Assembly (NCBI GenBank): GCA_035705655.1
Contig: DASSVX010000201.1
Coordinates: forward strand, 1-36,910
DNA: 36,910 nt
Direction: 5' to 3'
Origin: Casimicrobiaceae bacterium
Lineage (GTDB): Bacteria; Pseudomonadota; Gammaproteobacteria; Burkholderiales; Casimicrobiaceae
This document shows positions 13,222 to 26,507 of the stretch, piece after piece (position 1 is the first letter of the stretch; each line of letters starts with the position of its first letter). The notes below the pieces were generated by a model that saw nothing but the letters and a program-made list of their open reading frames with translations, was not told the origin of the DNA and searched no databases. A program made the position numbers and the translations under genes.

Positions 13222-15126
13222 TTACTGGTTCTGCTTCTTCTCGAGCGCCGCCTGGTTGATCTTCACGTCGGTGTCGGCCTTGAGGCTCGCGAGATAGGCG
13301 TTCATCAGCTCGCGTCCGAGCTCGCTGCCGACGCGCGCTGACGCGGCGTCGACCTTCGCCGCATCGGGCGCCGGTGGATCGATCACCTTGTCGATCCGGT
13401 AGATCGAGAATCCGCCGCGCTCGTTGGATGCTCCCGCATACTCGGGCAGCTTGCGCTCGCCGGCATCGAAGATCTTCTTCAGGCCATCGGCCGTGACGCC
13501 GGGCTGCGCCTGGTTGCGCGTGAGCGTCACCGGCTTGTCGAATGCGACGCCCGCGTCCTTGCCCGCCTCGAGCAGCGCGAGCTTCTCGCGTCCGGTCTTC
13601 ACTGCAAGCTCGCTTGCCCGCTGGTGGATCAGCTGCTGGCGGATCTCGTCCCTGACTTCGGCGAACGGCTTCGGCGCCGCCGGCTTGTACTCGACGATGC
13701 GACCCGCCATCAACGCGTTGGGCCCGACCTCGATCGCTTCGGTGTTGCGCTTGCTCTGGACGGACTCGGGCGAAAAGAGCGCCTGCACGAATTTCGCGCT
13801 GCCCATCGCGATCGATTGCATCTTTTCGCGCGTGACCAGCGGCGTCGTTTCAACCTTGAGGTCGAGCGTCTTCGCGGCACCGGCAAGCGAATCGGCCTGC
13901 TCGTAGACGAGATTCTGGAATTGATCGGCGGCGGAAGCGAATTTCTGCGCCGCCTTCTGGCGCTTCAACTCCGCCTCGATGCGTCCCTTCACTTCGTCGA
14001 AGCTTTGCACGTGCGGCGGCGTGATGCCGGTCACCTTGATCACGTGGTAACCGAAGTCGGTCTGCACCGGCCCGACGATGTCGCCGACCTTGGCTGCGAA
14101 CACCGCATCCTCGAACGGCTTCACCATCGCTCCCCGCGCAAACGAGCCGAGATCGCCACCCTGCGCGGCGGAGCCCGGATCCTGGGAGTTGGCCTTCGCG
14201 AGCTCGGCGAACGAATCGGGCTTCGCGCGCGCCTTCTCGGCGAGCTCGGCCGCCTTCTGTTTCGCCTTGGCCTTGTCCGCGTCGCTCGCATCCTTCTTTA
14301 CGGCGATCAGGATGTGCGACGCCTGCCGCTCCTCGCTCGTGGTGTACTGCTTCGCGTTCGCCTCGTACGCCTGCTTGACCTCGGCCGGGTCGACCTTGAC
14401 CTGCGCGGCCATGGCATCCTGCGTCAGCAGGATATAGTCGACCTTCGCGACCTCGGGCGTCGCGAACGCCTTCGGATTCTTGTCGTAGAACGCCTTCACG
14501 TCGTCGTCGCTGACCTTGACCGACTTCTCGAACGGCTCGGCGGCAACCTGCGCGATGGCGACGTCGCGCTTCTGGTCGAGCAGCGTCAGGTAGCGCTGCA
14601 CCGACGACTTCGCGGCGATGCTGCCGCCGATGATCGGGTCCTGCAGCGGTGACAGGACGAGATCGCCGCGCACTCGCTGCTCGAACATCAGCGGCGACAT
14701 GTTCTGGCTCGCGAGCACCTCGCGATACCGGTCGGCCGAGAACTTGCCATCCTCCTGGAACGGCGGCAAGGCCGCGATGAACTGCGCAAGCTGCGCGTCG
14801 GTGACGCGAAAGCGGCCCGCGCGCGCCTCGTTCTCCAGCAGCCGCTGGTTCACGAGCTGGTCGAGGAGCGCGTAGCGCATTTCGGGCGAGTCGAGCATCG
14901 CCGGGTCGAAGTTGCTGCCGAGCGCCTGGCGCATCCGCTGCTGCTGGTCGCGCAGCGCATCGTCGAATTCGGCCTGGGTGATCTTGTTCTTGCCGACGCT
15001 CGCGACCGTCTGCCCGCTGTCGCCGCCGCGGAAGTAATAGTCGACGCCGAAGAACGCGAACGGCAGCGTGATGAGCGCGAGCACGGCTTGCGTGACACGC
15101 GGGTGCTTGTGCAGGAGATCGAACAT
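13222..15126 (-). CDS. ppiD: Membrane-anchored periplasmic chaperone/PPIase (SurA N-terminal domain plus parvulin)
   Basis: N-terminal [32 protein letters not shown]; lies downstream of lon-hupB. Confidence 0.9.
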   Translation of the reverse strand: MFDLLHKHPRVTQAVLALITLPFAFFGVDYYFRGGDSGQTVASVGKNKITQAEFDDALRDQQQRMRQALGSNFDPAMLDSPEMRYALLDQLVNQRLLENEARAGRFRVTDAQLAQFIAALPPFQEDGKFSADRYREVLASQNMSPLMFEQRVRGDLVLSPLQDPIIGGSIAAKSSVQRYLTLLDQKRDVAIAQVAAEPFEKSVKVSDDDVKAFYDKNPKAFATPEVAKVDYILLTQDAMAAQVKVDPAEVKQAYEANAKQYTTSEERQASHILIAVKKDASDADKAKAKQKAAELAEKARAKPDSFAELAKANSQDPGSAAQGGDLGSFARGAMVKPFEDAVFAAKVGDIVGPVQTDFGYHVIKVTGITPPHVQSFDEVKGRIEAELKRQKAAQKFASAADQFQNLVYEQADSLAGAAKTLDLKVETTPLVTREKMQSIAMGSAKFVQALFSPESVQSKRNTEAIEVGPNALMAGRIVEYKPAAPKPFAEVRDEIRQQLIHQRASELAVKTGREKLALLEAGKDAGVAFDKPVTLTRNQAQPGVTADGLKKIFDAGERKLPEYAGASNERGGFSIYRIDKVIDPPAPDAAKVDAASARVGSELGRELMNAYLASLKADTDVKINQAALEKKQNQ

Positions 15127-15165
15127 TTGGGAATTACCTTTGCGATCGGACGTTGCCCGAATGCG

Positions 15166-15195
15166 GACAAGGGCGAACTCGCGTTCGCCCTTGTC
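15166..15195 (-). terminator. Hairpin downstream of tRNA-Asp
   Basis: 13-bp perfect stem GACAAGGGCGAAC/GTTCGCCCTTGTC with a GCGA (GNRA) loop on the minus strand. No U-tract, so it may be a weak terminator or a processing stem. Confidence 0.5.
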
Positions 15196-15200
15196 GGTGT

Positions 15201-15277
15201 TGGCGGAGTGGACGGGACTCGAACCCGCGACCCCCGGCGTGACAGGCCGGTATTCTAACCAACTGAACTACCACTCC
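15201..15277 (-). tRNA. tRNA-Asp(GTC)
   Basis: Cloverleaf with GGAGTGG acceptor, CCGGC-CTGTCAC-GCCGG anticodon arm, TTCGAGT T-loop and encoded CCA. Confidence 0.97.
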
Positions 15278-15426
15278 CGGATAAGTAGGGTCAGAGACGA
15301 CTTTCCCGCACCGTCTCCGCGAACCGCAGGCCGAGGTCGGGAAAGTCGTCTCTGACCCTACTTATCCGCACCGTCTCCGCGAACCGCAGGCCGAGGTCGG
15401 GAAAGTCGTCTCTGACCCTACTTATC
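15278..15426. repeat. REP/REPIN-like family A element with a 60-bp tandem duplication
   Basis: Perfect 31-bp inverted repeat (15278-15308 / 15338-15368); 15306-15365 is duplicated exactly at 15366-15425. Confidence 0.92.
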
Positions 15427-15427
15427 G

Positions 15428-15503
15428 TGGTGGGTGCTGACGGGATCGAACCGCCGACATTCGCCTTGTAAGGGCGACGCTCTACCAGCTGAGCTAAGCA
15501 CCC
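15428..15503 (-). tRNA. tRNA-Val(TAC)
   Basis: Cloverleaf with GGGTGCT acceptor, TCGCC-CTTACAA-GGCGA anticodon arm, TTCGATC T-loop and CCA. Confidence 0.97.
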
Positions 15504-15526
15504 CTGATCTACCCTAGCGAAGCACG

Positions 15527-15799
15527 CTAGTTTAGCGCATCCTTCAGCGCCTTTCCAGCGCGAAACTTCGGCACCTTGCCGCCCTTGATGCTGATTGCAT
15601 CGCCGGTGCGCGGGTTGCGGCCCGCCCGCGGGCTGCGCTTGCCGACATAGAACGAGCCGAATCCGACCAGCGTGACGATGTCGCCCTTGCGCAGCGATGT
15701 CTTGATCGCGCCGACCGTCGCATCGAGCGCGCGTCCCGCGGCCGCCTTGGAGATGTCGGCATGACGCGCAATCGCGTCGATCATTTCGGATTTGTTCAC
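15527..15799 (-). CDS. hupB: DNA-binding protein HU
   Basis: [37 protein letters not shown]; GTG start; follows lon. Confidence 0.95.
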   Translation of the reverse strand: MNKSEMIDAIARHADISKAAAGRALDATVGAIKTSLRKGDIVTLVGFGSFYVGKRSPRAGRNPRTGDAISIKGGKVPKFRAGKALKDALN

Positions 15800-15893
15800 A
15801 AAGCGTCCTTTCGATAGGGAATGCGACGCGCGAGGTGAGCACTTCGGAAGTCTTGAAGCTGCCGGCGCATGACGATCGCTGCGCGGAACGATC

Positions 15894-15923
15894 TTTATAG
15901 CGCTCGCGTTTTCCAGGTGTCAA
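15894..15923 (-). promoter_or_regulatory. sigma70 promoter for the hupB-tRNA operon
   Basis: TTGACA (15923-15918)-N18-TATAAA (15899-15894). Confidence 0.7.
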
Positions 15924-15947
15924 GGCTCGCGCGACATACGTGATCGA

Positions 15948-15980
15948 ATAAAAAAGGCGGACGATCGGATCGTCCGCCTT
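15948..15980 (-). terminator. Rho-independent terminator of lon
   Basis: AAGGCGGACGAT/ATCGTCCGCCTT stem running into a T-tract on the minus strand. Confidence 0.85.
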
Positions 15981-16001
15981 CGTGTTGCACCTGCGGCGCG
16001 A

Positions 16002-18446
<2,445 letters not shown>

Positions 18447-18477
18447 TCGTGCCTCGGGTGGGAGAGTATCGGTCAAC

Positions 18478-18503
18478 ATGGGGCCGTCGGGGGCCCCTTC
18501 AAG
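18478..18503 (-). promoter_or_regulatory. sigma32 (RpoH) promoter of lon
   Basis: CTTGAA-N14-CCCCAT exact consensus on the minus strand; supports 18446 as the lon start. Confidence 0.8.
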
Positions 18504-18743
18504 GAACAGGGTACCCGCTGCGGCCCACGGGTCGCCCATGGGGTTGACATTCCTACAAACGGCACGCTGCGCGCCATCGGCCCCGGGGCTTAGGCACCGT
18601 GGGCTCGGATGAATTCCTGCCACGCCTCGCCGGCGGGCGGACCGCGGCGAGACGCGCTCGATCGATCGCTAACCGTTTGATCCTGCGAAGGGTTCCGGTC
18701 GCGCGAATTGAACGTCGACGCAGTCGACGGTCGAATGAGCGCA

Positions 18744-18808
18744 GTTATTCCGGCGCGCCGACGGTCAGCTCACCGAAGGCACGCTCGCGACCGGCGCGAC
18801 GGAATAAC
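18744..18808. repeat. Long inverted repeat directly after the clpX stop
   Basis: GTTATTCCGGCGCGCCG pairs with CGGCGCGACGGAATAAC, 16/17, with a 31-nt spacer. Confidence 0.65.
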
Positions 18809-18809
18809 G

Positions 18810-20081
<1,272 letters not shown>

Positions 20082-20111
20082 TAACGCAGCACCTCGTGAA
20101 TTCGATTGACT

Positions 20112-20723
20112 TTACTCGGGTAAGAGTCGCTTTTGCAACACTTTATCGACGATTCCATAGTCGCGCGCCTGCTCGGCGGTGAGGAAGTTGTCGCGCTCGG
20201 TGTCACGCGCGATCTGCTCGACCGGCTTGCCCGTATGCATGGCCATCAGCACGTTCAGGCGCTGGCGCAGGCTGAGGATGTACTTGGCATGGATTTCGAC
20301 GTCCGAGGCCTGGCCCTGGAAGCCGCCGAGCGGCTGGTGAATCATCACGTCCGAATTGGGCAGCGCGAAACGCTTCCCCTTCGCCCCTGCCGCAAGCAAG
20401 AACGCGCCCATCGACGCGGCCATCCCGACGCACAACGTGGACACGTCGGGCTTGATGAACTGCATGGTGTCGTATACAGCGAACCCGGCTGCGATCGAGC
20501 CGCCGGGCGAGTTGATGTAGAAGTGAATGTCCTTGTCGGGGTTCTCGGATTCGAGAAACAGCATCTGCGCGACGACGAGGTTGGCCGTCGACTCGTTGAC
20601 GGGTCCGACCAGGAACACGACGCGTTCCTTCAACAGGCGCGAGTAGATGTCGTACGCGCGCTCGCCGCGTCCGCTCTGCTCGATCACCATCGGGATCAGG
20701 CCCAGGCCTCTTGGTTCTTCCAT
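20112..20723 (-). CDS. clpP: Clp protease proteolytic subunit
   Basis: [31 protein letters not shown]. Confidence 0.98.
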   Translation of the reverse strand: MEEPRGLGLIPMVIEQSGRGERAYDIYSRLLKERVVFLVGPVNESTANLVVAQMLFLESENPDKDIHFYINSPGGSIAAGFAVYDTMQFIKPDVSTLCVGMAASMGAFLLAAGAKGKRFALPNSDVMIHQPLGGFQGQASDVEIHAKYILSLRQRLNVLMAMHTGKPVEQIARDTERDNFLTAEQARDYGIVDKVLQKRLLPE

Positions 20724-20803
20724 GTGGATTCGATGCTTTCGTTTTGAGTGTCAACCGGCGGAGCCGCGCGGCCATTCCGCGGAACCGTACCGTGGAACGA
20801 CGA

Positions 20804-20832
20804 AGATGGGTCTTCGACGCCTGATCGTCAAG
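20804..20832 (-). promoter_or_regulatory. Possible sigma32 promoter of clpPX
   Basis: CTTGAC-N15-ACCCATCT, near the RpoH consensus. Confidence 0.45.
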
Positions 20833-20855
20833 CGCCGCCCGGTGAACGGAACCGC

Positions 20856-22175
20856 TCAGGCGCCAGTCTGCGGCGCCATCACCTGCTCGAAGGTCGCCGG
20901 CGCGTCGGTGACTTTCGCGCGTGCGAGCACCCAGTCGACGACGTTCTGCTCGAGCACCATTGCCTCGAAATCGCGCAGCCGCTCGGGCTTTTCGTAATGC
21001 CAACGGACCACGGCGTCGGGCTGCTCGTAAGTCTGCGCCGTTTCGGTCACCAGCGCGCGCACCTGCTCGGGCTTCGCGTGCAGGTTCTCGCTACGCACGA
21101 GCTCGCCGATGATGAGGCCGAGCGCGACCCGCTCCTCGGCCTGCGGGCGGAACAGGTCGACCGACACGTCGAGGCCTTCCGCTTTGACGTTCTGCTGCTC
21201 GCGGAGGTTCGCGAGCGCGCGCTCGCGCAGCAGTTGCGCTTCGCTTTCGACGAGCGCCTTCGGGATGGCGAAGCTCGCCTGCTTGCGCAAGCCTTGCAAT
21301 GCCTGTGCCTTGATCGTCGATTCGATCTTGCGCTTCAACTCGAGCTTGAGATTGGCCTCGACCTCACGCCGCAGGTCGTCGGTCTCGCCGCTCGCGATGC
21401 CGAACGCGCCGGCGAAATCGGCGTCGAGCGGCGGCAGGTGCGGCTCCTCGACCCCCGCGACGCGGAGCGAGAAGTGCGCCGTCTTGCCCGCCACTTCGCG
21501 GCCGTGATAGTCGGCCGGAAACGTGAGGTCGAACTCCACCGTTTCGCCCGCGCTCATCCCGGTTACCGCGGCCTCGAACTCGGGCAGCATGCGCGCTTCG
21601 CCGAGAACGATCGGAAAATTCTTCGCCTGCCCGCCCGGGAACTCGACGCCGTCGATCGTGCCGGTGAAATCGACCTGCACGCGGTCGCCGCCTTGCGCGG
21701 CGCGCTCGACCGGCGTGTAGGTCGTGCGCTGCTTGCGCAGCACGCCGAGCGTGCGCTCGACATCCGCCGGCGTCACCTCTGCGCGTGGCCGCGACACCTC
21801 GATCGTCGCGACGTCGGCGACCTTTACTTCCGGATAAACCTCGAAGACCGCGGAGAACTGGAGCGCGTCGGGGGCCGGCGCGTCGCCGCTACGCGGCTCG
21901 ATGCGCGGCACACCCGCGACGCGCAGGTTCTGTGCGCGCACCGCGTCGTTGAACGTGGACTGGACGCGCTCGGTGATGACGTCGGAGCGCACCTGCGGCC
22001 CGTACTGCTGGTCGAGCATGCGCAGCGGCACCTTGCCCGGGCGGAAGCCGGCGACCTTCGCCGTGCGCGCGAGCCGCGACAGCCGCTTCTTCACCTCGCC
22101 TTCGATATCGGCGAGGGGTACGGCAACATTCAAGCGGCGTTCGAGCGCGCCGAGCGTTTCGAGTGTGGTTTGCAT
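20856..22175 (-). CDS. tig: Trigger factor
   Basis: GFRPGKVP ribosome-binding motif and an FKBP domain (FPADYH). Confidence 0.97.
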   Translation of the reverse strand: MQTTLETLGALERRLNVAVPLADIEGEVKKRLSRLARTAKVAGFRPGKVPLRMLDQQYGPQVRSDVITERVQSTFNDAVRAQNLRVAGVPRIEPRSGDAPAPDALQFSAVFEVYPEVKVADVATIEVSRPRAEVTPADVERTLGVLRKQRTTYTPVERAAQGGDRVQVDFTGTIDGVEFPGGQAKNFPIVLGEARMLPEFEAAVTGMSAGETVEFDLTFPADYHGREVAGKTAHFSLRVAGVEEPHLPPLDADFAGAFGIASGETDDLRREVEANLKLELKRKIESTIKAQALQGLRKQASFAIPKALVESEAQLLRERALANLREQQNVKAEGLDVSVDLFRPQAEERVALGLIIGELVRSENLHAKPEQVRALVTETAQTYEQPDAVVRWHYEKPERLRDFEAMVLEQNVVDWVLARAKVTDAPATFEQVMAPQTGA

Positions 22176-22193
22176 GCGAGAAGGAATCCGATC

Positions 22194-22278
<85 letters not shown>

Positions 22279-22391
22279 GACTTCGGACGGCCGCGAGAAG
22301 AGAATCGGCTAGTATAGCCGACCGGGCTCGCGCTCGCCAGACAGCTTACGCTGCTTCGCGCCCGCCTCGTTCGCGTTTACCGGATCGTCGC

Positions 22392-23225
22392 TTGTCGGTC
22401 GGCCATTACGAAAACTTCCCCGTTGCGTCCGTGCTCGTGCCGGCGCGTTACCGTGATGCGGTCATCGCGATCTATCGCTTCGCGCGCACGGCCGACGACA
22501 TCGCCGACGAAGGCGGCGCGGCGCCCGCCGACCGGCACCGCGCACTCGACGCGTTTTCGCGTCGGCTCGACGCCATCGAGCGTGGCGAAACACCCGCCGA
22601 GCCGCCGTTCGCCGATCTCGCGCTCGCCGTGCAGCGGCATCAGCTGCCGATCGCCCGCTTGCGCGACCTCCTGTCGGCGTTCGCCCAGGACGTCGACGTC
22701 ACGCGGTATCCGACCTACGACGATGTGCTGGACTACTGCCGCCGCTCGGCCAATCCCGTCGGGCGGCTGCTGCTCGCGCTGTACGGGATCGACGATGCGG
22801 GAGCGCTCGCCGAGAGCGACGCGATCTGCACGGCGCTGCAACTCGCGAACTTCTGGCAGGACGTCGCCATCGACTGGCGCAAGGACACGCGACTCTACCT
22901 GCCGCTCGAGGATCTCGCGTGCTTCGGCGTGCCGCTTTCGCACGTTGCGAACGGCGTTTGCGATGCGCGATTTTCGCGGCTGATGGCGTTCGAGACCGCC
23001 CGCACGCGGGCGCTGTTCCTGTCCGGCCGGCCATTGATCCGGCGCCTGCCGTGGCGCCTCGGACTCGAGCTCACCGCGGTCATCGCCGGCGGCATGCGCG
23101 TCCTCGAGCGCATCGACGCCGTGCGCGGCGACGTTTTCACGCAGCGCCCCGTCCTCGGCAAGCGCGACTGGGCGCTCCTCGCGCTGCGCATGCTCGCGCC
23201 GTCGGCGGCAGTGCGCTTTGCATGA
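22392..23225 (+). CDS. hpnC: Squalene synthase HpnC (hydroxysqualene synthase)
   Basis: TTG start, SVGHYENFPVAS, FARTADDIADE, YCRRSANPVGRL, LQLANFWQD. Confidence 0.92.
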   Translation: MSVGHYENFPVASVLVPARYRDAVIAIYRFARTADDIADEGGAAPADRHRALDAFSRRLDAIERGETPAEPPFADLALAVQRHQLPIARLRDLLSAFAQDVDVTRYPTYDDVLDYCRRSANPVGRLLLALYGIDDAGALAESDAICTALQLANFWQDVAIDWRKDTRLYLPLEDLACFGVPLSHVANGVCDARFSRLMAFETARTRALFLSGRPLIRRLPWRLGLELTAVIAGGMRVLERIDAVRGDVFTQRPVLGKRDWALLALRMLAPSAAVRFA

Positions 23226-24055
23226 CGCCCAACGAATACTGCGCGCAGAAGGTCGCGCAAAGCGGCTCGAGCTTCTACTACAGCTTCCGGCTGCTGCCGC
23301 CGCCGCGGCGCGCCGCCATCAGCGCGCTCTATGCCTATTGCCGCGAGGTCGACGACGTCGTCGACGAGGTGTCGGATCCGAGCGTCGCGCGCGTGAAGCT
23401 CGCCTGGTGGCGCACCGAAGTCGACGCGATCTTCACGGGCACGCCGCAGCATCCGGTCGCGCTCGCGCTTGCGGACGCGGCCGAGCGTTACGGCCTCGCC
23501 CAGTCGAACCTGCAAACGGTGATCGACGGCATGCAGATGGACCTCGAGCGGGCCCGCTACGTCGACTTCGCCGAGCTCGAGACGTATTGCGATCGGGTCG
23601 CGGGCGTCGTGGGTGTCATGTCCGCCGCGATTTTCGGCTACGAAGATCCATCGACGCTCGTCTACGCGCGAAGGCTCGGCGTCGCGTTCCAGTTGACGAA
23701 CATCATCCGCGACGTCGGCGAAGACGCGCGCCGCGGCCGCATCTACCTGCCGCAGGACGAGCTCGCGCGCTTCGGCGTCGCGCCGTCGGATCTGCTCCGC
23801 GCGCGCTCGTCGCCGGCGTTCGTCGGCCTGATGCGCTTTCAGACCGAACGGGCGAGCGCCTGGTACGACACGGCGCTCGCAGCGCTGCCCGAGCGCGACC
23901 GCCGTGCACAACGCGCAGGCCTCGCGATGGCGGCCATCTACCGGACGCTCCTCGGCGAGATAGCGCGCGACGGCTATCGGGTGCTCGACCGGCGCATCGC
24001 GCTGACGCCGCTGCGCAAGCTGTGGATCGCGACGCGGGCCGCGTGGCGGGCATGA
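23222..24055 (+). CDS. hpnD: Presqualene diphosphate synthase
   Basis: SGSSFYYSF, CREVDDVVDE, QLTNIIRDVGED; ATGA overlap with hpnC. Confidence 0.94.
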   Translation: MTPNEYCAQKVAQSGSSFYYSFRLLPPPRRAAISALYAYCREVDDVVDEVSDPSVARVKLAWWRTEVDAIFTGTPQHPVALALADAAERYGLAQSNLQTVIDGMQMDLERARYVDFAELETYCDRVAGVVGVMSAAIFGYEDPSTLVYARRLGVAFQLTNIIRDVGEDARRGRIYLPQDELARFGVAPSDLLRARSSPAFVGLMRFQTERASAWYDTALAALPERDRRAQRAGLAMAAIYRTLLGEIARDGYRVLDRRIALTPLRKLWIATRAAWRA

Positions 24056-24074
24056 GCGCGCTGAAGTAAGTCCG

Positions 24075-25466
24075 ATGAGCGCGCGCGATCGTCGATCGGT
24101 CGTCGTCATCGGCGGAGGCTGGGCGGGCTGCGCTGCCGCCGTCGAGCTCGCACGGTGCGGACATTCGGTGGAATTGCACGAAGCGGCCATCGCGCTTGGT
24201 GGCCGCGCGCGCGCCGTCGTCCGCGACGGATTGCCGCTCGACAACGGCCAGCATCTGCTGCTCGGGGCGTACACCGACACGCTCGCGTTCGCGGCCGCGA
24301 TTCGGGATCGGACGTCGTCGGCATGGACGATCGAGCCGCTCGCGCTGCGGCCGTTCGCTCGCGCACAGCGCAACACGCTGTCGCTGTCGACCCGCCATGC
24401 GCCGGCGCCGCTCGCGCTGCTGGCGGGACTCGTCCGCGCGCGCGGCCTGCCGATCGGGGCACGCATCGCCACCATTCGCTGGTTCGTTCGACAACGGCGC
24501 AACGGCTGGCAATGCGCGCCGGACCTCACGGTCGCCGGATTGCTCGCGGATGCCCCGGCCGTCGTGCGCGACGATCTGTGGCATCCGCTCTGCCTCGCGG
24601 CGCTCAACACGCCGCCCGCGCGCGCGTCGGCGCAGGTATTCCTCAACATCCTGCGCGAAACGTTCGGCGCCGGCGCGCATGCAACGTCGCTCGTCCTGCC
24701 GCGCGAAGGCCTCGCCGAGGCGGTGCCCGAAGCGGCGGCGCGCTGGCTCGCGGCGAACGGCCATCCGGTGCGCCGCTCGACGCGAACGCGAATCCGGCGC
24801 ATCGACGCGGATGGCGTGCTGCTCGAAGCGTCGGGCGAGCATGCGCGAGCCGATGCGGTCATCGTTGCCGTCGGTCCGCATCAACTCGCCTCGGCGTTCG
24901 CGCCGGGCATCGAGCGCGACCACCCCTCGATCGTGCAGGCGCTCGCTTCCGTTGCGCGCTTCGATTACGAGCCGATCACGACCGTGTATCTCGGTTACGC
25001 GGCGGCCCGTGCATTGCCGCGCGGGCTGCTGCGTCTCGACGACGCGCCCGGACAGTGGATCTTCGATCGTTCCGATATTCTCGAACGCGCGGCGGCATCG
25101 GCGACGCGCGCGCCGATGCGCTCGCTCGTTTCGGTCGTGATCAGTGCGCGCGGGCCGCACAGCGCGCTCGATCATGCGGCGCTGGTCGGCGCCACCGATG
25201 GACAGCTTCGCCGTCTTGCACCGGACCTGGCACCGCTCGTGTGGTCGCGGGTGATCGAGGAGAAGCGCGCGACGTATGCGTGCGTGCCCGGTCTTGCGCG
25301 ACCCGCGTGCGGCCGTCTCGTCGAACGGGTCGGCCTCGCGGGCGACTATGCGTACGCTGCGTTTCCCGCGACACTCGAGGCCGCCGTACGCAGCGGACGC
25401 ATCGCCGCCCACGCGATCATTGGTGCCCCGTCGGCGCGATCATTGGACCCCCACGCTTGCGGCTAA
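24075..25466 (+). CDS. hpnE: Hydroxysqualene dehydroxylase (FAD-dependent)
   Basis: GGGWAG, LGGRAR, LDNGQHLLLGAY, EKRAT, LAGDY-PATLEAAVRSG. Confidence 0.92.
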   Translation: MSARDRRSVVVIGGGWAGCAAAVELARCGHSVELHEAAIALGGRARAVVRDGLPLDNGQHLLLGAYTDTLAFAAAIRDRTSSAWTIEPLALRPFARAQRNTLSLSTRHAPAPLALLAGLVRARGLPIGARIATIRWFVRQRRNGWQCAPDLTVAGLLADAPAVVRDDLWHPLCLAALNTPPARASAQVFLNILRETFGAGAHATSLVLPREGLAEAVPEAAARWLAANGHPVRRSTRTRIRRIDADGVLLEASGEHARADAVIVAVGPHQLASAFAPGIERDHPSIVQALASVARFDYEPITTVYLGYAAARALPRGLLRLDDAPGQWIFDRSDILERAAASATRAPMRSLVSVVISARGPHSALDHAALVGATDGQLRRLAPDLAPLVWSRVIEEKRATYACVPGLARPACGRLVERVGLAGDYAYAAFPATLEAAVRSGRIAAHAIIGAPSARSLDPHACG

Positions 25467-25525
25467 AGCCGCTGCGCTGCCCCCGGCGGGGGCGCAGTTC
25501 GCGCCTTGGGGCGGCCCGGCGGCGC
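25447..25525. repeat. Structured dispersed element, family B, copy 1
   Basis: CCCACGC; GCGGCT/AGCCGC stem; CGCT-GCCCCC/GGGGGC stem; GCGCC[TTGGGGCGGCCCGGC]GGCGC. Confidence 0.7.
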
Positions 25526-25966
25526 TCACCCCCGGAGCAGCCGCTGCTGCTCGCGGTTCCATTCGCGCTCCTTGATCGCCGCGCGCTTGTCATGCTGCTT
25601 CTTGCCCTTGGCGAGCCCGACGGCGAGCTTGACGCGGCCCTTGGCGTAATGAAGGTCGAGCGGCGTCAGCGTGTAACCGGCGCGCTCGACCTTGCCGATC
25701 AGCCGGTTGATTTCCTCGCGGTGCATCAGCAGGCGCCGCGTGCGCGTGGGATCGGGCGTGACGTGCGTCGACGCGGTCGTCAACGGCGCGATGTGCGCGC
25801 CGATCAGCATGAGCCCGCCGTCCTTGACGACGACATACGCCTCCTTGAGATTCGCGCGACCGCCGCGGATCGCCTTCACTTCCCAGCCTTCGAGCGCAAT
25901 CCCGGCCTCGAAGCGCTCCTCGATAAAATAGTCGTGAAAGGCCTTCCGGTTCTCGACAATGCTCAT
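25526..25966 (-). CDS. smpB: SsrA-binding protein
   Basis: [36 protein letters not shown]. Confidence 0.98.
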   Translation of the reverse strand: MSIVENRKAFHDYFIEERFEAGIALEGWEVKAIRGGRANLKEAYVVVKDGGLMLIGAHIAPLTTASTHVTPDPTRTRRLLMHREEINRLIGKVERAGYTLTPLDLHYAKGRVKLAVGLAKGKKQHDKRAAIKEREWNREQQRLLRG

Positions 25967-26010
25967 TGCAATGCCCACTGACGCGCCGCGCCGTTACCCG
26001 CTGTCCGCGC

Positions 26011-26016
26011 ATTCTA
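26011..26016 (-). promoter_or_regulatory. Possible -10 element for smpB
   Basis: TAGAAT on the minus strand about 45 nt upstream of smpB. Confidence 0.4.
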
Positions 26017-26065
26017 CGTGCAACGCAGCTGCACGGCCGCGCCGCACGCCTCCGCGGGACCCGTC

Positions 26066-26494
26066 ATGCGCGCGGTGAAAAAGAGCGTCCTCGTGCCCTA
26101 CTCTGCCGCGCAGATGTTCGAGCTCGTCGACCGCGTCGAGCTCTATCCGCAGTTCCTGCCCTGGTGCGGCGGCACGCAGGTGCTCGAGCAGGGCGAAAAC
26201 CGCAAGACCGCCCGCATCGACATCGACTACCACGGCGTGCGTGCGCACTTCACCACCGGCAACGTGAACGATCCGCCGCGCTCGATCGTGGTGACGCTGA
26301 AGGATGGCCCGTTCCGTCATTTGCATGGCGAGTGGCGCTTCATCGCGCTGTCGGAGCACGGATGCAAGGTCGAATTCGATCTCGCGTACGAGTTCGCGAC
26401 GAGCCTGCTCGACCGCGTGATCGGCCCCGTGTTCAGCCACATCGCAAACACGTTCATCGACGCGTTCGTCAAGCGCGCCGAAAGCGTTGGCTAG
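26066..26494 (+). CDS. ratA: RatA/PasT (Coq10-like START domain protein)
   Basis: SVLVPYSAAQMFELV, YPQFLPWC, GPFRHLHGEWRF; divergent from smpB. Confidence 0.93.
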   Translation: MRAVKKSVLVPYSAAQMFELVDRVELYPQFLPWCGGTQVLEQGENRKTARIDIDYHGVRAHFTTGNVNDPPRSIVVTLKDGPFRHLHGEWRFIALSEHGCKVEFDLAYEFATSLLDRVIGPVFSHIANTFIDAFVKRAESVG

Positions 26495-26507
26495 GATGCT
26501 ACGTCTG

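Noticed and set aside
15278-15426. CRISPR array (repeats separated by ~30-nt spacers)
   Set aside because: The first repeat is inverted, the two spacers are identical, and there are no cas genes.
15291-15923. 210-aa ORF with repeated ISRVRDDFPDLGLRFAETVR
   Set aside because: It reads through hupB off-frame, tRNA-Val and the DNA repeat; the peptide repeat only reflects the 60-bp duplication.
18538-18559. Second sigma32 promoter for lon (CCCCAT at 18543-18538)
   Set aside because: No convincing -35 element at the correct spacing.
25447-25525. tmRNA (ssrA) next to smpB, or a simple bidirectional terminator
   Set aside because: Too short, with no tRNA-like ends or tag ORF, and no U-tracts on either side; treated as a family B element.
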